Positions 12,448-24,037 of a stretch of 64,000 nucleotides of DNA are shown piece by piece (position 1 is the stretch's first letter; each line of letters opens with the position of its first letter). Both the position numbers and the translations under genes were made by a program. The stretch is from the NCBI GenBank assembly GCA_052426225.1, contig JBNJNM010000008.1:310001-374000 (forward strand), given 5' to 3'. The notes below the pieces were generated by a model. The model made no database searches, was not told where the DNA came from, and worked only from the letters and a program-made list of their open reading frames with translations. The DNA is from Zancudomyces culisetae HAW-14-8. Taxonomy: Eukaryota > Fungi > Kickxellomycota.

Positions 12448-14049
12448 TTAATAGTATCCTGCAAATATCAACAGCAGAACCAATGCACCAAACCTGTTAC
12501 TTTTCATAAACGCTTTCCAACAGCTTTTTGGGGATGCCAAGTCCACATTTTTTATAGTCTCATACAGCATATATGGTCCTGCAGTAAACAGTCCCATGAA
12601 ATACATGCTCCCAAAGCTATTTTGGTAACCAGAATACCCCAACAACAATATCACAAAGGCCGAGAGTGTGTAAAGAATCGGCTTTGTATACCGATCTCCA
12701 AACAATAGCGCTGTTGATTTAACCCCTACCTTGATATCATCTAACTTGTCTTGGTGTGCGTAAATTGTATCGTACACAAGTGTCCAGAGAATTGTTGATG
12801 CATATAATGGTAATATGATACTTAGGTTGAAATTTCCGCCGCCAAATGCTATATCTCCGTTTGAAAGTATCGTAGTTATGCTTGTGCTAATTTTCTCTGC
12901 CAAATCATAAATGTTTCCATTAGTAAATAGTCCACTATTTAAAATCCCTTCATTAAGTGGTGGGGACACATCTACTGAAGTGGCTGCTGGTAGGGACAGG
13001 TTGGTTGCAACTGTTGTTGTATTTACTACTGCTGCAGGTGATGAAAGTGAAGGTGGATAGTTTCCTGAAATCATGGCCCAGCCCATAGGTATTCCATAAT
13101 TAAATGTTATTCCCAGAAACATTTGTGGCCAATATGTAATTCTCTTCATTAATGGATAGATCACTATGAGAGGTATGCTAAGAAAACCAAGTAATATACA
13201 AAATGGGTTCAGATGTATCAAAACGCCAAAAAACCCCGCGCTCATCATCACAGTTAGTAGCCCAAATGCCTGTAACCTTGTCGCTTCGCCACTAGCCAAC
13301 GGTCTAGAACTCCGCGTACGCTCCACATACTTGTCAAACTTTACATCACACATATCATTTATTATACATCCCGCTCCTCGCATTATTACTGCACCCACGG
13401 CGCACAATGCTGTGTATTTAAGCAGTACCACTGGCGTCAGCGATTGCAAAACTGTTGCAAGTTCTAAATTATACATCGTATATTCCGTTGTCAGTATCGT
13501 CGTTTGAAAGTAGTGGTAGGCATATGCTAGCGACCAGGAACATGGCCAAAAAAGAAGTGACGAGCCTATAGGCTTATCCATACGTGCCAGCCTGTAGTAC
13601 GGTCTTAATTTGACTAAAAACGTGCTTTCGTTTTGGGTTGCCACTTTTATACCTGCTACACCGCCTCCATTTTTCAATAAAACATCGCTGGTTGTTGCTT
13701 TATCGCTCTTTTTGTTTCCTGCTTTTCCACTTTTAAGATTGCTGGTAATTTCCCCATACGTCGTAGTATTTGAGATTGCCCTGCAGCTTTCCCGTTCGCT
13801 CACTCTCTTAAGCACTTTCGCTTCTGCCAGTTCTATTTTTTTGTGCAGCTTTCTTATACTATTACGAGATGCTCCATCCTCAAATCCACGTGGGTTGTGA
13901 AATGTAACCAAGACTGGTTTTGTAAAAAAAATTCTTTGATTTTCCGTCGAAAAGCTGTTGAAAAGATTGTTTTTTGTCAGGTTCAGCACGCTTTTGAACG
14001 CATGTGTGTTGTTTTTGAAAATTAGTCTACTTCCCGTGTGGCTAAACAT
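12448..14049 (-). CDS. COQ2: 4-hydroxybenzoate polyprenyltransferase, copy A (canonical UQ-type residues)
   Basis: UbiA motifs PYYRLARMDKPIGSSLLFWPC, MRGAGCIINDMCDVKFDKYVERT, YPLMKRITYWPQ..LGITFNYG and YDTIYAHQDKLDD..GVKSTAL. Basic/hydroxylated mitochondrial-type presequence. Confidence 0.95.
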   Translation of the reverse strand: MFSHTGSRLIFKNNTHAFKSVLNLTKNNLFNSFSTENQRIFFTKPVLVTFHNPRGFEDGASRNSIRKLHKKIELAEAKVLKRVSERESCRAISNTTTYGEITSNLKSGKAGNKKSDKATTSDVLLKNGGGVAGIKVATQNESTFLVKLRPYYRLARMDKPIGSSLLFWPCSWSLAYAYHYFQTTILTTEYTMYNLELATVLQSLTPVVLLKYTALCAVGAVIMRGAGCIINDMCDVKFDKYVERTRSSRPLASGEATRLQAFGLLTVMMSAGFFGVLIHLNPFCILLGFLSIPLIVIYPLMKRITYWPQMFLGITFNYGIPMGWAMISGNYPPSLSSPAAVVNTTTVATNLSLPAATSVDVSPPLNEGILNSGLFTNGNIYDLAEKISTSITTILSNGDIAFGGGNFNLSIILPLYASTILWTLVYDTIYAHQDKLDDIKVGVKSTALLFGDRYTKPILYTLSAFVILLLGYSGYQNSFGSMYFMGLFTAGPYMLYETIKNVDLASPKSCWKAFMKSNRFGALVLLLIFAGYY

Positions 14050-15877
14050 TGTTCATTCCACTCTGTTTGTTTGGGCTTCTTCCTATGTTTTGTATAAAGG
14101 CTTTATCCTGCTCTGCCTGCTTTTCTAACTTGTGAGTGGTAAAAAACTGTTGTTGTTGGCATTAATACTGTTATTATCTTTTAAAAATTAGTTTTACAAA
14201 AAAAAATGAATATTTATTATTAGTATGTATTTTATATAGGAAAGTGCTTTTTTTCTTGCTGATATACAAAAAGAAAATATCTAGTTGATATCTCCTAACT
14301 GCCTCTTTAAGGTTGGTCTTATCTTTGCCTATATATCTTTGTTCCTTTTTTTTTTGCTCACTCGATATGATTGATATCGGGTTTATTTATACCTTGATTT
14401 GGCAGACCAGGTCAATAAATAGATTCCACAAGCCAATTCTTGAATACGAAATTTCACATTTCGTTAATAAGCATTATCTTTTCCGATTTGGCTAAGCATT
14501 AAAATTTTTTTTCGTAGATTTTGCTTGGTGGATTAACCGAAAATTGTTGCTATAAAATGGCGGTTCAACTCTACAAGTCACAAAACAATAAGACCTTAAT
14601 TCTTGCCCCTTTTTTTTTTTTATTCCTCCTACGCTTTTTTTCGAAATTATAGTAGCAGGGTAAGGACAAAAAAAATTTTTTATACAATTTTTGAGGTTTA
14701 AAGTGCAATAGTATTTGTAACTTGTTTGCAGGTTTGTAACAAAATAAAATAATGGAAAGGGATAGGAGGAAGGAGCCTCGCATAACATTGTGGAAAATTG
14801 CGCATTGTTAGTGTGTAGCTTTGCGCCTGAGTGTGAGAGAATCAAAGATTTTGCTTTTACGATTTTTTTCAACTTTTTTTTTTTAAAACTCTTTGTATAT
14901 TTTTCAGATTTATAATATGGCATCTCGCTAGCATTGTAAAACTGGGGCTGTGTGCTGTTAATTATATGAATCGGTTCCGAGGTAGATATCTGATGATCGA
15001 TGGTACATAAATCCAAAATACTATTGGGTTTTCTGAGTACAATTCCAGATTCTTGTTTTTTAATGAATTCGTATATTAATTGAGTTGTTTTAATGTAATA
15101 CTATTTGCCCTTGGTACTGCTCATTCGTTGGTTTGTTTCATATGAAGGTTACCTTATTAAAATACTTCAACATGACGAGGATGCAAAGTCTAAAGCAAAT
15201 TCATTCCCGCACATTTGATATAACTCACCATTAAAAAAAAACAAGTTGGTAACTTGTATTAATACATGTCGGTCGTTTAAGCTGCAAAGTAGTCACGATA
15301 ACATTATGGCTTTTAAGCCAAAATCACCACAATACATTTAATCACAAGGGTGCGCCAACTTGCTCATCGCGTCATAATTAATGTGGTTTGTTCAAGTAAA
15401 TACATCCGCATTGGTGGTTCTTGTCATAAATCTAATAAGGCTCGCCATGCCACAAGATATAAATGATAATGTAGAGTGTGTTAATAGCGAACATACCTAT
15501 TATATGATTCCTATTCAATGACTTTGTGTCTCTTAAGATACCAGCACTGTTTTTTTATTCTTTAGTTTTCAAAGTTGTATATTATTAGGGGTGGTTTACT
15601 ATTTTGTTATAGATACAAAGTGCAATATATTCGAATATCGAATTTTCTGGATAGAACAAGTAAAAATCTTACTGAAATTAACTACAGAGCAATAGCAAGT
15701 CATAAGTGTGATGTACAAGTATGTCTCAATAATCTAGAGTTAATGAACCAAATGAAAAAAGAAGAAATTATATCATTTTCATACTTTTCATACAGTAGTG
15801 ATAACTAATTAAAAAAGCAGAAATATGGATATCAAATACTGCAAGATTCCGAAAAAAAAATGCAAACTGCAGGACAA

Positions 15878-15942
15878 GGTATTGGTATTGGTATTGGTAT
15901 TGGTATTGGTGTTGGTATTGGTGTTGGTGTTGGTGTTGGTGT
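15878..15942. repeat. Hexamer microsatellite (GGTATT)n/(GGTGTT)n
   Basis: About 10-11 directly visible tandem units in the COQ2-A/PHO81 divergent intergenic region. Confidence 0.9.
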
Positions 15943-16201
15943 AGGAGGACCTGAACTTTTCTTTTGTATGTTTGGAAACCTTCATTCATCATTTTCCCCA
16001 ATTCCTATCATACCTTTAGTTTTTATTGCGTTTTTACATGTGTTTCTTATTCAAAGTTCAAGTGTAATTGTACCTAGGATACATTGACAATGTTCGTATC
16101 AATGTAACAAACTTGTTATCACAACATTATCGAGAAATGTTGCTAACCAAAGTAACTCGATTTTGGTTAATCATCGTTTTTATTTTTATCTTTCAACAAA
16201 T

Positions 16202-17075
16202 AAACGTGCCTGGATCTTGTGTTTTGACTGGTCAATTAGATTTTTAGCAAAATAAGAGTAAAACACGGATCTAAGTATTTTTTTGCTCTTTTCCAAAAAC
16301 ACCAAAGGTGGTTACAACAACCCAGAAGCTGCGTATGGATGCGATCTAAACATATTAGGTGTAATAAAATCAACAATGCCTAACCCTAAAGGCTAATTAT
16401 ATATGCCCATCCCAAGGCATGCTAACACATACCGAATGAAAGTGCACGTTTGTTTTTGTTTATATCAGAATAAGCGTAAAGTGAAAGTCTCAAGTTTGAA
16501 AAGACAGCAAAAGGAAATTAATGTACATGTATGAGGTGAAAAGGGGAGGGGAGCATACATCAGAATATTCGGATGCAGGGGCTTCAAAAACTTCAGCACG
16601 TTTTTTTTTCGCACGTTTTTTTTGTATAAACCTATATTTTTATTATGTGCCATTATACCAAATGATATATTACTAGCATTTTCCTTATTCGCTGGTTTTT
16701 AATCCTTGGCTTAAGCTGAATATAAAAATCTGGCCAAGGAAATAAAACGTTTTTGATTATTTTTCTAATGGAAAATATTTAACTCCTAAAATCTACGAAA
16801 AGATGGTTAGCCAATTTTGCTCTAATAGGCATTTTCGTTGTTTATTACGAAAAAAATTTAAAATCTACGTAAAAAGAATATTTGGACTGTATATTCGAAT
16901 TTGTGAATAATAGAAAATTGTAGTATATTCCTAGGTTGTAGCCAAAGGGTAAGTGAAAAGGAACGACACGAATGATTGTTAGCTGGCCATATACCCCGAC
17001 CTTTTTTTTTTCACTCTGAGGTCCTAATTATTTTAGGTAAGTATAGGCAATAGCCGTCCTTTCGACCTAAACGTG
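16202..17075. promoter_or_regulatory. Cluster of five CACGTT E-boxes (Pho4/NUC-1-type, four as GCACGTTT) upstream of the PHO81-like gene
   Basis: CACGTT at 16445, 16597 and 16612; AACGTG at 16203 and 17070. They lie 0.3-1.15 kb upstream of the ATG at 17353. Confidence 0.6.
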
Positions 17076-17352
17076 TACTCACCATTTATTTTTATTCAAT
17101 ATACAGCCTAAATTGTACGTCATACTGAGTGTTAAAAAAAAGAGGGATAGAGGTATTAAGGGGATGTGTGTGTAGACGGACGCATATAGTAGTAAAATTT
17201 AGTTTGGAGTACTAACAACCGACTGCGAAATTTGATTAATATCAGCGAATTCATAAAGAATTATAGAAATTTACTGATTTTTTTTGTTTCTAATCTAACC
17301 CAAATATAAAATTCGACAAAGATTTGGTATCAGCAGTATCAAAAATCGAGAA

Positions 17353-20300
17353 ATGAAGGTAACTATCACATTAGCTAGTATATCAATATTTACAAATTCA
17401 GAGAACTGAGAAAAATAATGCTACAAAGAAAAAACGCGATTAATTAAAGTGGTGGGTAATGAATCAATATATAGTTCGGAAAACACATATTGACCCATCG
17501 ACAAGAAAGTTGGGAGGATCAGTACTTGGATTATAAAGCTTTAAAGAAACTAATAACCAAACTACTTGGCAAGGATCCCCAAGGTAAGTTTAATTTGTGT
17601 TGATATATTTCCACGAAAATGTTTATGATATTTGGGTCACTGGACAGTAACGTATAATATCTTTTTTGAAAAAAAAACAATTTTATAGGTGACTTATTAG
17701 CAGAAAGTGAAAGGACGGAGAAGCGAAAAGAGTTTTTTGCTAGACTAGAACAAGAGATAGAAAAGGTACGGGTTTGTTATACGATGGCTAGATAGAAATG
17801 CTTGGATATGTTCTTATGATAGAGAAGATTAAAAATGGGAGTTTATTCTAGTATACAATTTGGATGGATACAACGGATTTATAGGTAGGAAGCTTTTACC
17901 AATCAGAGGAGGAAAAACAGCATGCAAGGTATAAAGAGCTAAAAGAAACACAAATACTACTGCTGGAGAGAGAAAAAACCGAGGAATATGAGGGATGTAG
18001 AACTTATGTGGTACTATGTGGGATAGGTGAGGGTTGGGAGCAGCTAAACCATGAAGTAGACAATTTGGCAAGTTTTGCAGAACTAAACAGTACAGCAGTG
18101 CGGAAAATAGTAAAGAAATGGGACAAGCGCGCACAAAGTAGTTTTAAAGAAGTGTATTTAGAGCAACAACGGAAATACCAGGCGTGGTTCGATAGGAAAA
18201 AGATAACAGAGTTGAGTGACAACGTGTTGAAGGAGATAATTTCAACAGAGAACCTTGCACGAGCACTTGTAAACAAATCGTCGTGGGAATTATGGATGGA
18301 GCAAGCAATACAGAAGAATAATGAAGCTGAAATCACACGGCAGCTGTTTACAGGTGCGTTGATGGTGGAAAAGGGGAAAGAGGGGAAAGAACCATTCATT
18401 CAGTATATAAAAGGGATTAAAAGAATAGACAGCGAGTGGAAGGCAAAAATTAGCGGCCGAACATTAATCCATGCAGCAGCAAAGGTTGGAATTGTGGAGT
18501 TGGTTATTCTGTGTATAGAAAACAAGGTGGATGTTGAGGTAGTGGACAGATATGGAAAAAAGGCACTGTACTACGCAATATCCAATGGAAATAGTCAGAT
18601 AGTCAAACTAATTCTCGAAAATTTTGACAAGAATGAGTTAATGGTAGATTCACATGATACTCAGGCAGTTCAGTTTGCAGCATCTGAAGGTCAGCTCGAA
18701 TGTATGAGCGAAATATTAGAGTATTTGAAGCAGAGAGGGCTGCTAAACGAATCTATTCCAATTATGGAGAGGGCATTGTTTAAGAGCTGTGGACGTGGCA
18801 CGTGGGAGATCGCCAGATTATTGAGCCAGTACGGTTTGGAAGTAGAGAGTGCAGTTGAACTCAAGTCGGGGTTAACTGCCTTACACACCGCAGCAGCACA
18901 AGGGTGTCTTGAAATTATGGTTTGGCTGATTGAGCAAGGTGCGGATATTGACATCAAAGACAAAGATATGGGATGGACAGCGTTGTTTTATGCAGCAAAG
19001 AATGGGTATGGGGACTGCGTTGATTTGCTACTTACACATGGCGCAAACATCAATCAGACTGATGAACAAGGGAAGACTGCTGGCTTTTATGCTGCATATG
19101 AGGGCCACCATGCTATTTCTTGCAAACTAATACCTACTATTTCTGACTCTACGATGAGTTCAATGCAACTTGAAGATTTTATTCCGGATTTGGAGCTTCC
19201 ACCACCAGTTATTCCTTATTATCGTCGTGAATACAGTCAAAACCTACGTACAAAACAGCTAGTAGTACGCTTAAAAATCTTGGATAAGGGTAAAACACAA
19301 CCAATAAAATTTATAAATCACCTCAATCTGTCATCAATAAGAATCCAGGTGGGTTCGCTAGGGCAGGAGTCTCACACGTTTAAACTTCCGATTTTGAAAG
19401 ATCAATGCTGTGTAATTGATTTACTCACAGAATCGATTGATATCTCGATTTTTGCCACATTTGGAAACTATTTGATTGCTAACGGCACAATCACATCGGG
19501 TGTGTTTTCATCAACTGAAAAAGTTGAGAACTTTGTGGTGCTATTGACAAATAGCCTAAATGCTGTTGTTGCAGAGCTGAAGCTGTCGTTTTTGGTTATC
19601 AAACCGTTTGATCTTAGTGCTGTTCCCAACCTAAATTATTCGATAGCTACACCACCACCTGCTCCTTCTCATGATGAATTTGCATCCAAATATTTAAACA
19701 TCAAGGTACAGCTAACAAAGGATTTAGTTCCAGTTATTTATAAGGATGATCTTGTTTTAGTTAACGAATCCATTGGGCTGTACTTGCCCATTTGCGCCTT
19801 GACCTATTCCGAACTTTCAAAACTGCTAAGAAACGATCCTTCGGTATTTCCTAAATTTGGTTTCCTAAAAGCTGCATCTCAAGAGTTCACTACCACCAGA
19901 TACCTTTCTGAGCGATTGGCACTTGGGAGTTCTGGATATCCATTAGAAAAGGCACTTACTGAGATTGATGAAAGAATAGGCTTGAATATCGAGGTATATT
20001 CGGGTACATCGCATTCTGCTGATGAAACTATGACTTGTTGTTATGGAAACAAGAATTTAGCGGTTGATATGATTCTTAAAACACTGTTGCCGTTTTCTTG
20101 TTCTTCACAAGCGCTAATAGACGCTGGTGATCAGTTATTGGGCGAGAGGGGTCATCTGAGAAGGTCAATTTTTGTGAACTCAAAGGATGTTGACACAGTA
20201 TTAATGTTGTGTTCCAAACAGGCTATTTTCCCGGTGTTTTTAAGAGTGGATACGGAAACCATGTCGCTCAAAAGTGCAACAGAATTTGCGAGTCTTAACA

Positions 20301-20632
20301 GGATATTTGGACTGATTATTAGCTACCAGCAAATCCACGATTATTTCCAGCCAATAATCAATGCGGTGCGGAAAACATCTTCAGACTTGAAGATTTGTAT
20401 CAAAATGGATGATGAAAACGAAGATAAAAATGATGGAACGAGTCCATGTGATGTAGAAGATGTCTGTAGTGAGAGCGATAAAGACAACAGGACACAATTA
20501 GACTCAGGCCTTAGAAAACACAGAATGAATGGCGTTTTGAGCAGAGACAAGTGTTCCTGTTTGTGTAACAAAGTAGGCTTTGATTTAGGTGTGGATGTGA
20601 TCACATGTCACTTGATCACCAGAACATTTTGA
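17353..20632 (+). CDS. PHO81: SPX-ankyrin-degenerate GDPD protein, Pho81/NUC-2-like CDK inhibitor (4 exons; introns after MK, after ..DPQ and after ..EIEK)
   Basis: Spliced N-terminus MK|FGKHILTHRQESWEDQYLDYKALKKLI (SPX). ELNSTAVRKIVKKWDKR..SFKEVYL...ITELSD is NUC-2/Pho81-like. Ankyrin repeats (GLTALHTAAAQG, GWTALFYAAKNG) and IPDLELPPPVIP follow. The GDPD-like tail (VQLTKDLVPVIY) has no recognisable catalytic HRG motif, arguing against GDE1. Confidence 0.8.
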
Positions 20633-22015
20633 TTTCTTTTTTTCGTAAACTTTAATTAATAGAGCGGGTTTCATGATAGGCAAGGGGAGATAGGGAAACG
20701 GGGGGTTTTTTTTCTTCTTTTTGTTAGAGTAAATGAAAAATAAGGAATGTAAAGATCACTTGGTTGAGGGGATGGATACTCTAGGAATTTGCAAACTCCG
20801 GCTATTGAGGCTGTGAAAGATTGGATTGTTTGAATGTGGTAGTGGTGGTAGTGATGGTAAAAGCGGAAAACAAAAGAAAAAAAAACTAGAAAAAAAGAGT
20901 AGAAAATAGTAGAAAATAAAAAGTGGCATGATTTAAGGGAGGGGAAAAAAAGTATGGTACGATGTTTTTTTTTACTTTTGCAGTATATATTAGAGGTTTG
21001 AAATTAATGTTCATTGATAATTTCAATCGCTGAATCAGGAAAAAGGAAAATCGTATTGAAAAAGGCAAAAAATAGATGCAATAATATCGCTGTATCCCCA
21101 AGTATTACAAAAGAAAATAGGATAATGGGATAATGGGATTTTGGACATGTAAACGTTTCAAATAAAAGATGAGCATTAACATGGTGTTAATAATAGGATT
21201 TACGAGAAAAGTGGTAAATAGTCAACAACCCAGGAGGAGAAGAGACCATTGTATGTGCTACCCCTGGCTAAAACTGGGTTTGAATTTGTAAATAAAAGGG
21301 GATTTTGAAGAGTTTGTGTTCAGTTATTTAGGATAAGGAATGTGAAATGAGAAGAGTAGTTTTGATGGTTAAAAAAGAAAAATTTTGAACTGAATCAGTG
21401 TTACTATGTTGCTATATACTTTTAGTACAAAGCACAATTTGTTTGAAATGTTATTGATAGAAAATATGAAAATATAAAAATATATTTTGTTTGTAACTTG
21501 AATACAAGAGAAAAAAACAAGCCATTTTTAGTGCTTTTACCAAAAAATTAAAGATGGGATAATTGAAAATAAAGATTTACTTGTCAAATCAAAAATCGTT
21601 AATGTGTACACAACCATTTATGAAATAAACGAAAGGAAAAAAAAGTACCTGATTTTCGTTATTTTTTTTCTATTTTTTTTTTTTGTAAATTCTTATTGGG
21701 ATGAATAGCAGCAATTAGCGGAATAAAGAAATGCAAATAATAAAAAAAAGAATAAAGAAAAAACGCCAAAACACTGGCATTTCATTTGCCAGAAATAAAA
21801 AATGCAGCAAGACTCAAAAAATTAAAAGCGAAGGTTAATCGATTTCGAAATAATCTGAAGGATATATTTGCTATATTTACTTTTTCAGTTTCATGACATT
21901 GAAAAAAAAGTATATTACAAGAAATAGAATAAAGAAAAAGAAAGAGACGATATAAAGAGACAGAAAAGAAGCAGGATAGACACTTGTGAATATATACAGA
22001 TATACATATACACAA

Positions 22016-23818
22016 ATGCATAAATTTGGAACGTGGGGGGCAGTTCAGTTTGGCAGGCTATTGCACCAGCAACAGCAGAGCGGGGGGATAAATATAGTTT
22101 TGGCACACGGATATTCATCACTAGTTCAAAATAAAAGTAGTTGTAGTAGCCTTGCAAAGTTTGTACATATAAAGCCCATAAGAATAGAGTTTTTGGCAAG
22201 AGCAGTGGGTAATAGTGATAGCAGTAGTAGAAGTAATGCTTTGACAGGGGGTGGACAGGTGGCTGGAATATTTACAACAACAGATATTCTGAGTAAAAAA
22301 AAAATAAAACAAGGTCTCGCGTCAATGGATAAAGATAGAAACATCAGCAATAGTCGAGATAATGGAAGAAGTAATGGTTGTGGGCATGGGAATAGTGGTA
22401 TTGAAAAGATAGATCATAACAGTATCATAGAAGAAAGTAAAATTCTGATAACAGAACAGCTACAATTGTCAACATCTTCATCTCCAACTCCATCATCATC
22501 ACCACCACCGCCATCAGTACCGTCATCGTCATCGTCATCACCATCAACATCGACATCGACATCGACATCGTCATCACCATTACCACTACCACTACCAACA
22601 CCAACGAGCGGCAGTAGTATGGACAGTGGAAATGGGAATAATAAAGGTAATAATGGCTTGGTTGCGAAACTGCGGCCATACTACCTGCTAGCACGAATGG
22701 ACCGACCAATTGGATCACTACTACTGTTTTGGCCCAGTGCGTGGGCACTAACATTTTCATACCTACACTTCAGCACACTGGCGGCGAGCACAGCAACTAC
22801 AACGGCGGCAGGTGTGGCAGCCACGACAGCAACAGCACTTGTGTTAACACCGGGGGTGTACTTGCATTACATGGCGATATTTTTAGCAGGATCTGTACTG
22901 ATGCGCAGTGCAGCGTGTATAGTGAACGATATGCTGGACGTCAAGTACGATCGGCAGGTAGCACGCACGCGGTTTAGCCGACCGCTGGCAAATGGCACAG
23001 TGACGCGCATGCAGGCAGTTGAGTTGCTGGCGGTAGTGCTGAGTGCGGGATTTTTGGTGCTTGTACAACTTAATAACTTTTCGGTGCTTTTGGGGATGTG
23101 TTGTTTGCCTTTAGTGGTGATATACCCACTTATGAAGCGGATTACGCACTTACCACAGGTATTTTTGGGACTGACGTTGAATTATGGCGTGTTGATTGGG
23201 TGGAGTGCAATTTCGGGTAATTATCCGCCACTTTCATCGCTAGCAAACGAGTCGTGGATTAGCAAGACAAGTTCAAGCGAGAATTTAATTGGAAATGTAG
23301 TTAATAGTGGTACTAATGTTATTAGCAGTAGTGGTAGCGGTAGTGGGGTATATGATATCATGGAGCGATTAACGACATCAGTATCTACAATATTTTCAAA
23401 CGGAGACATTGCATTTGGGGGTAGCAATTTCGATCTCAGTATTGTACTCCCGCTATATACAGCGACTATTTTATGGACAGTTATGTACGATACTATTTAC
23501 GCCCACCAGGACAAGGTTGATGATGCACGGATAGGCGTTAAATCCACCGCATTGCTGTTTGGAGACCGGTTTACCAAACCCGTACTGTATACATGTGCCG
23601 CTCTAACGATTGCATTATTGGTGTATGCTGGGTACCGCAATGGGTTCGCTGGTCCGCTGTACTATGGTGGCCTGTTGACGGCGGGTACGTATACATTGAT
23701 GGAGAGTATTTACAAATTGAACCTTAATGATCCAAAGAGTTGTTGGCGTGCTTATTCCAAGAGCAATAGATTTGGGTTGTTGGTTTTGTTATTGATATTT
23801 ACTGGTAACTTGGTATAA
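22016..23818 (+). CDS. COQ2: 4-hydroxybenzoate polyprenyltransferase, copy B (divergent paralog)
   Basis: PYYLLARMDRPIGSLLLFWPS, MRSAACIVNDMLDVKYD, YPLMKRITHLPQVFLGLTLNYG and YDTIYAHQDKVDD..GVKSTAL. First in-frame ATG at 22016 (the ORF track starts at an upstream GTG). Long S/P/T-rich N-terminal extension. Confidence 0.93.
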   Translation: MHKFGTWGAVQFGRLLHQQQQSGGINIVLAHGYSSLVQNKSSCSSLAKFVHIKPIRIEFLARAVGNSDSSSRSNALTGGGQVAGIFTTTDILSKKKIKQGLASMDKDRNISNSRDNGRSNGCGHGNSGIEKIDHNSIIEESKILITEQLQLSTSSSPTPSSSPPPPSVPSSSSSSPSTSTSTSTSSSPLPLPLPTPTSGSSMDSGNGNNKGNNGLVAKLRPYYLLARMDRPIGSLLLFWPSAWALTFSYLHFSTLAASTATTTAAGVAATTATALVLTPGVYLHYMAIFLAGSVLMRSAACIVNDMLDVKYDRQVARTRFSRPLANGTVTRMQAVELLAVVLSAGFLVLVQLNNFSVLLGMCCLPLVVIYPLMKRITHLPQVFLGLTLNYGVLIGWSAISGNYPPLSSLANESWISKTSSSENLIGNVVNSGTNVISSSGSGSGVYDIMERLTTSVSTIFSNGDIAFGGSNFDLSIVLPLYTATILWTVMYDTIYAHQDKVDDARIGVKSTALLFGDRFTKPVLYTCAALTIALLVYAGYRNGFAGPLYYGGLLTAGTYTLMESIYKLNLNDPKSCWRAYSKSNRFGLLVLLLIFTGNLV

Positions 23819-24037
23819 AAAAAAAACATTTCTCTTATAAACTGATTAATTAATAATAAATTTATTAAGTATTTTTAAAGAAAGTCAAAGAGAGAAAAAA
23901 AGAAAAAGAAAAAAGAAGGGTGGGGGAGAGGTAATATTTTTCTTTTTTTTTTTTTAGTTTTTTGTTTTGTTTTTTAAAGAATAGTTCATAATTTAAAACT
24001 TGATTCAGTATGTAGAAATAATTAGTTGGTTTATAAA

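Noticed and set aside
14492-15016. 174-aa minus-strand ORF and similar K/F-rich intergenic ORFs (26705, 30536, 38100 etc.)
   Set aside because: Often non-ATG starts, built from poly-A/T runs, and no domain similarity.
15768-16087. ORFs reading GIGIGIGV / HQHQYQYQ
   Set aside because: Translations of a hexamer microsatellite with no other coding evidence.
17353-20632. Annotation as glycerophosphocholine phosphodiesterase GDE1
   Set aside because: Same SPX-ANK-GDPD layout, but catalytic GDPD motifs are not recognisable and the KKWDK..KE.YL signature fits Pho81/NUC-2.
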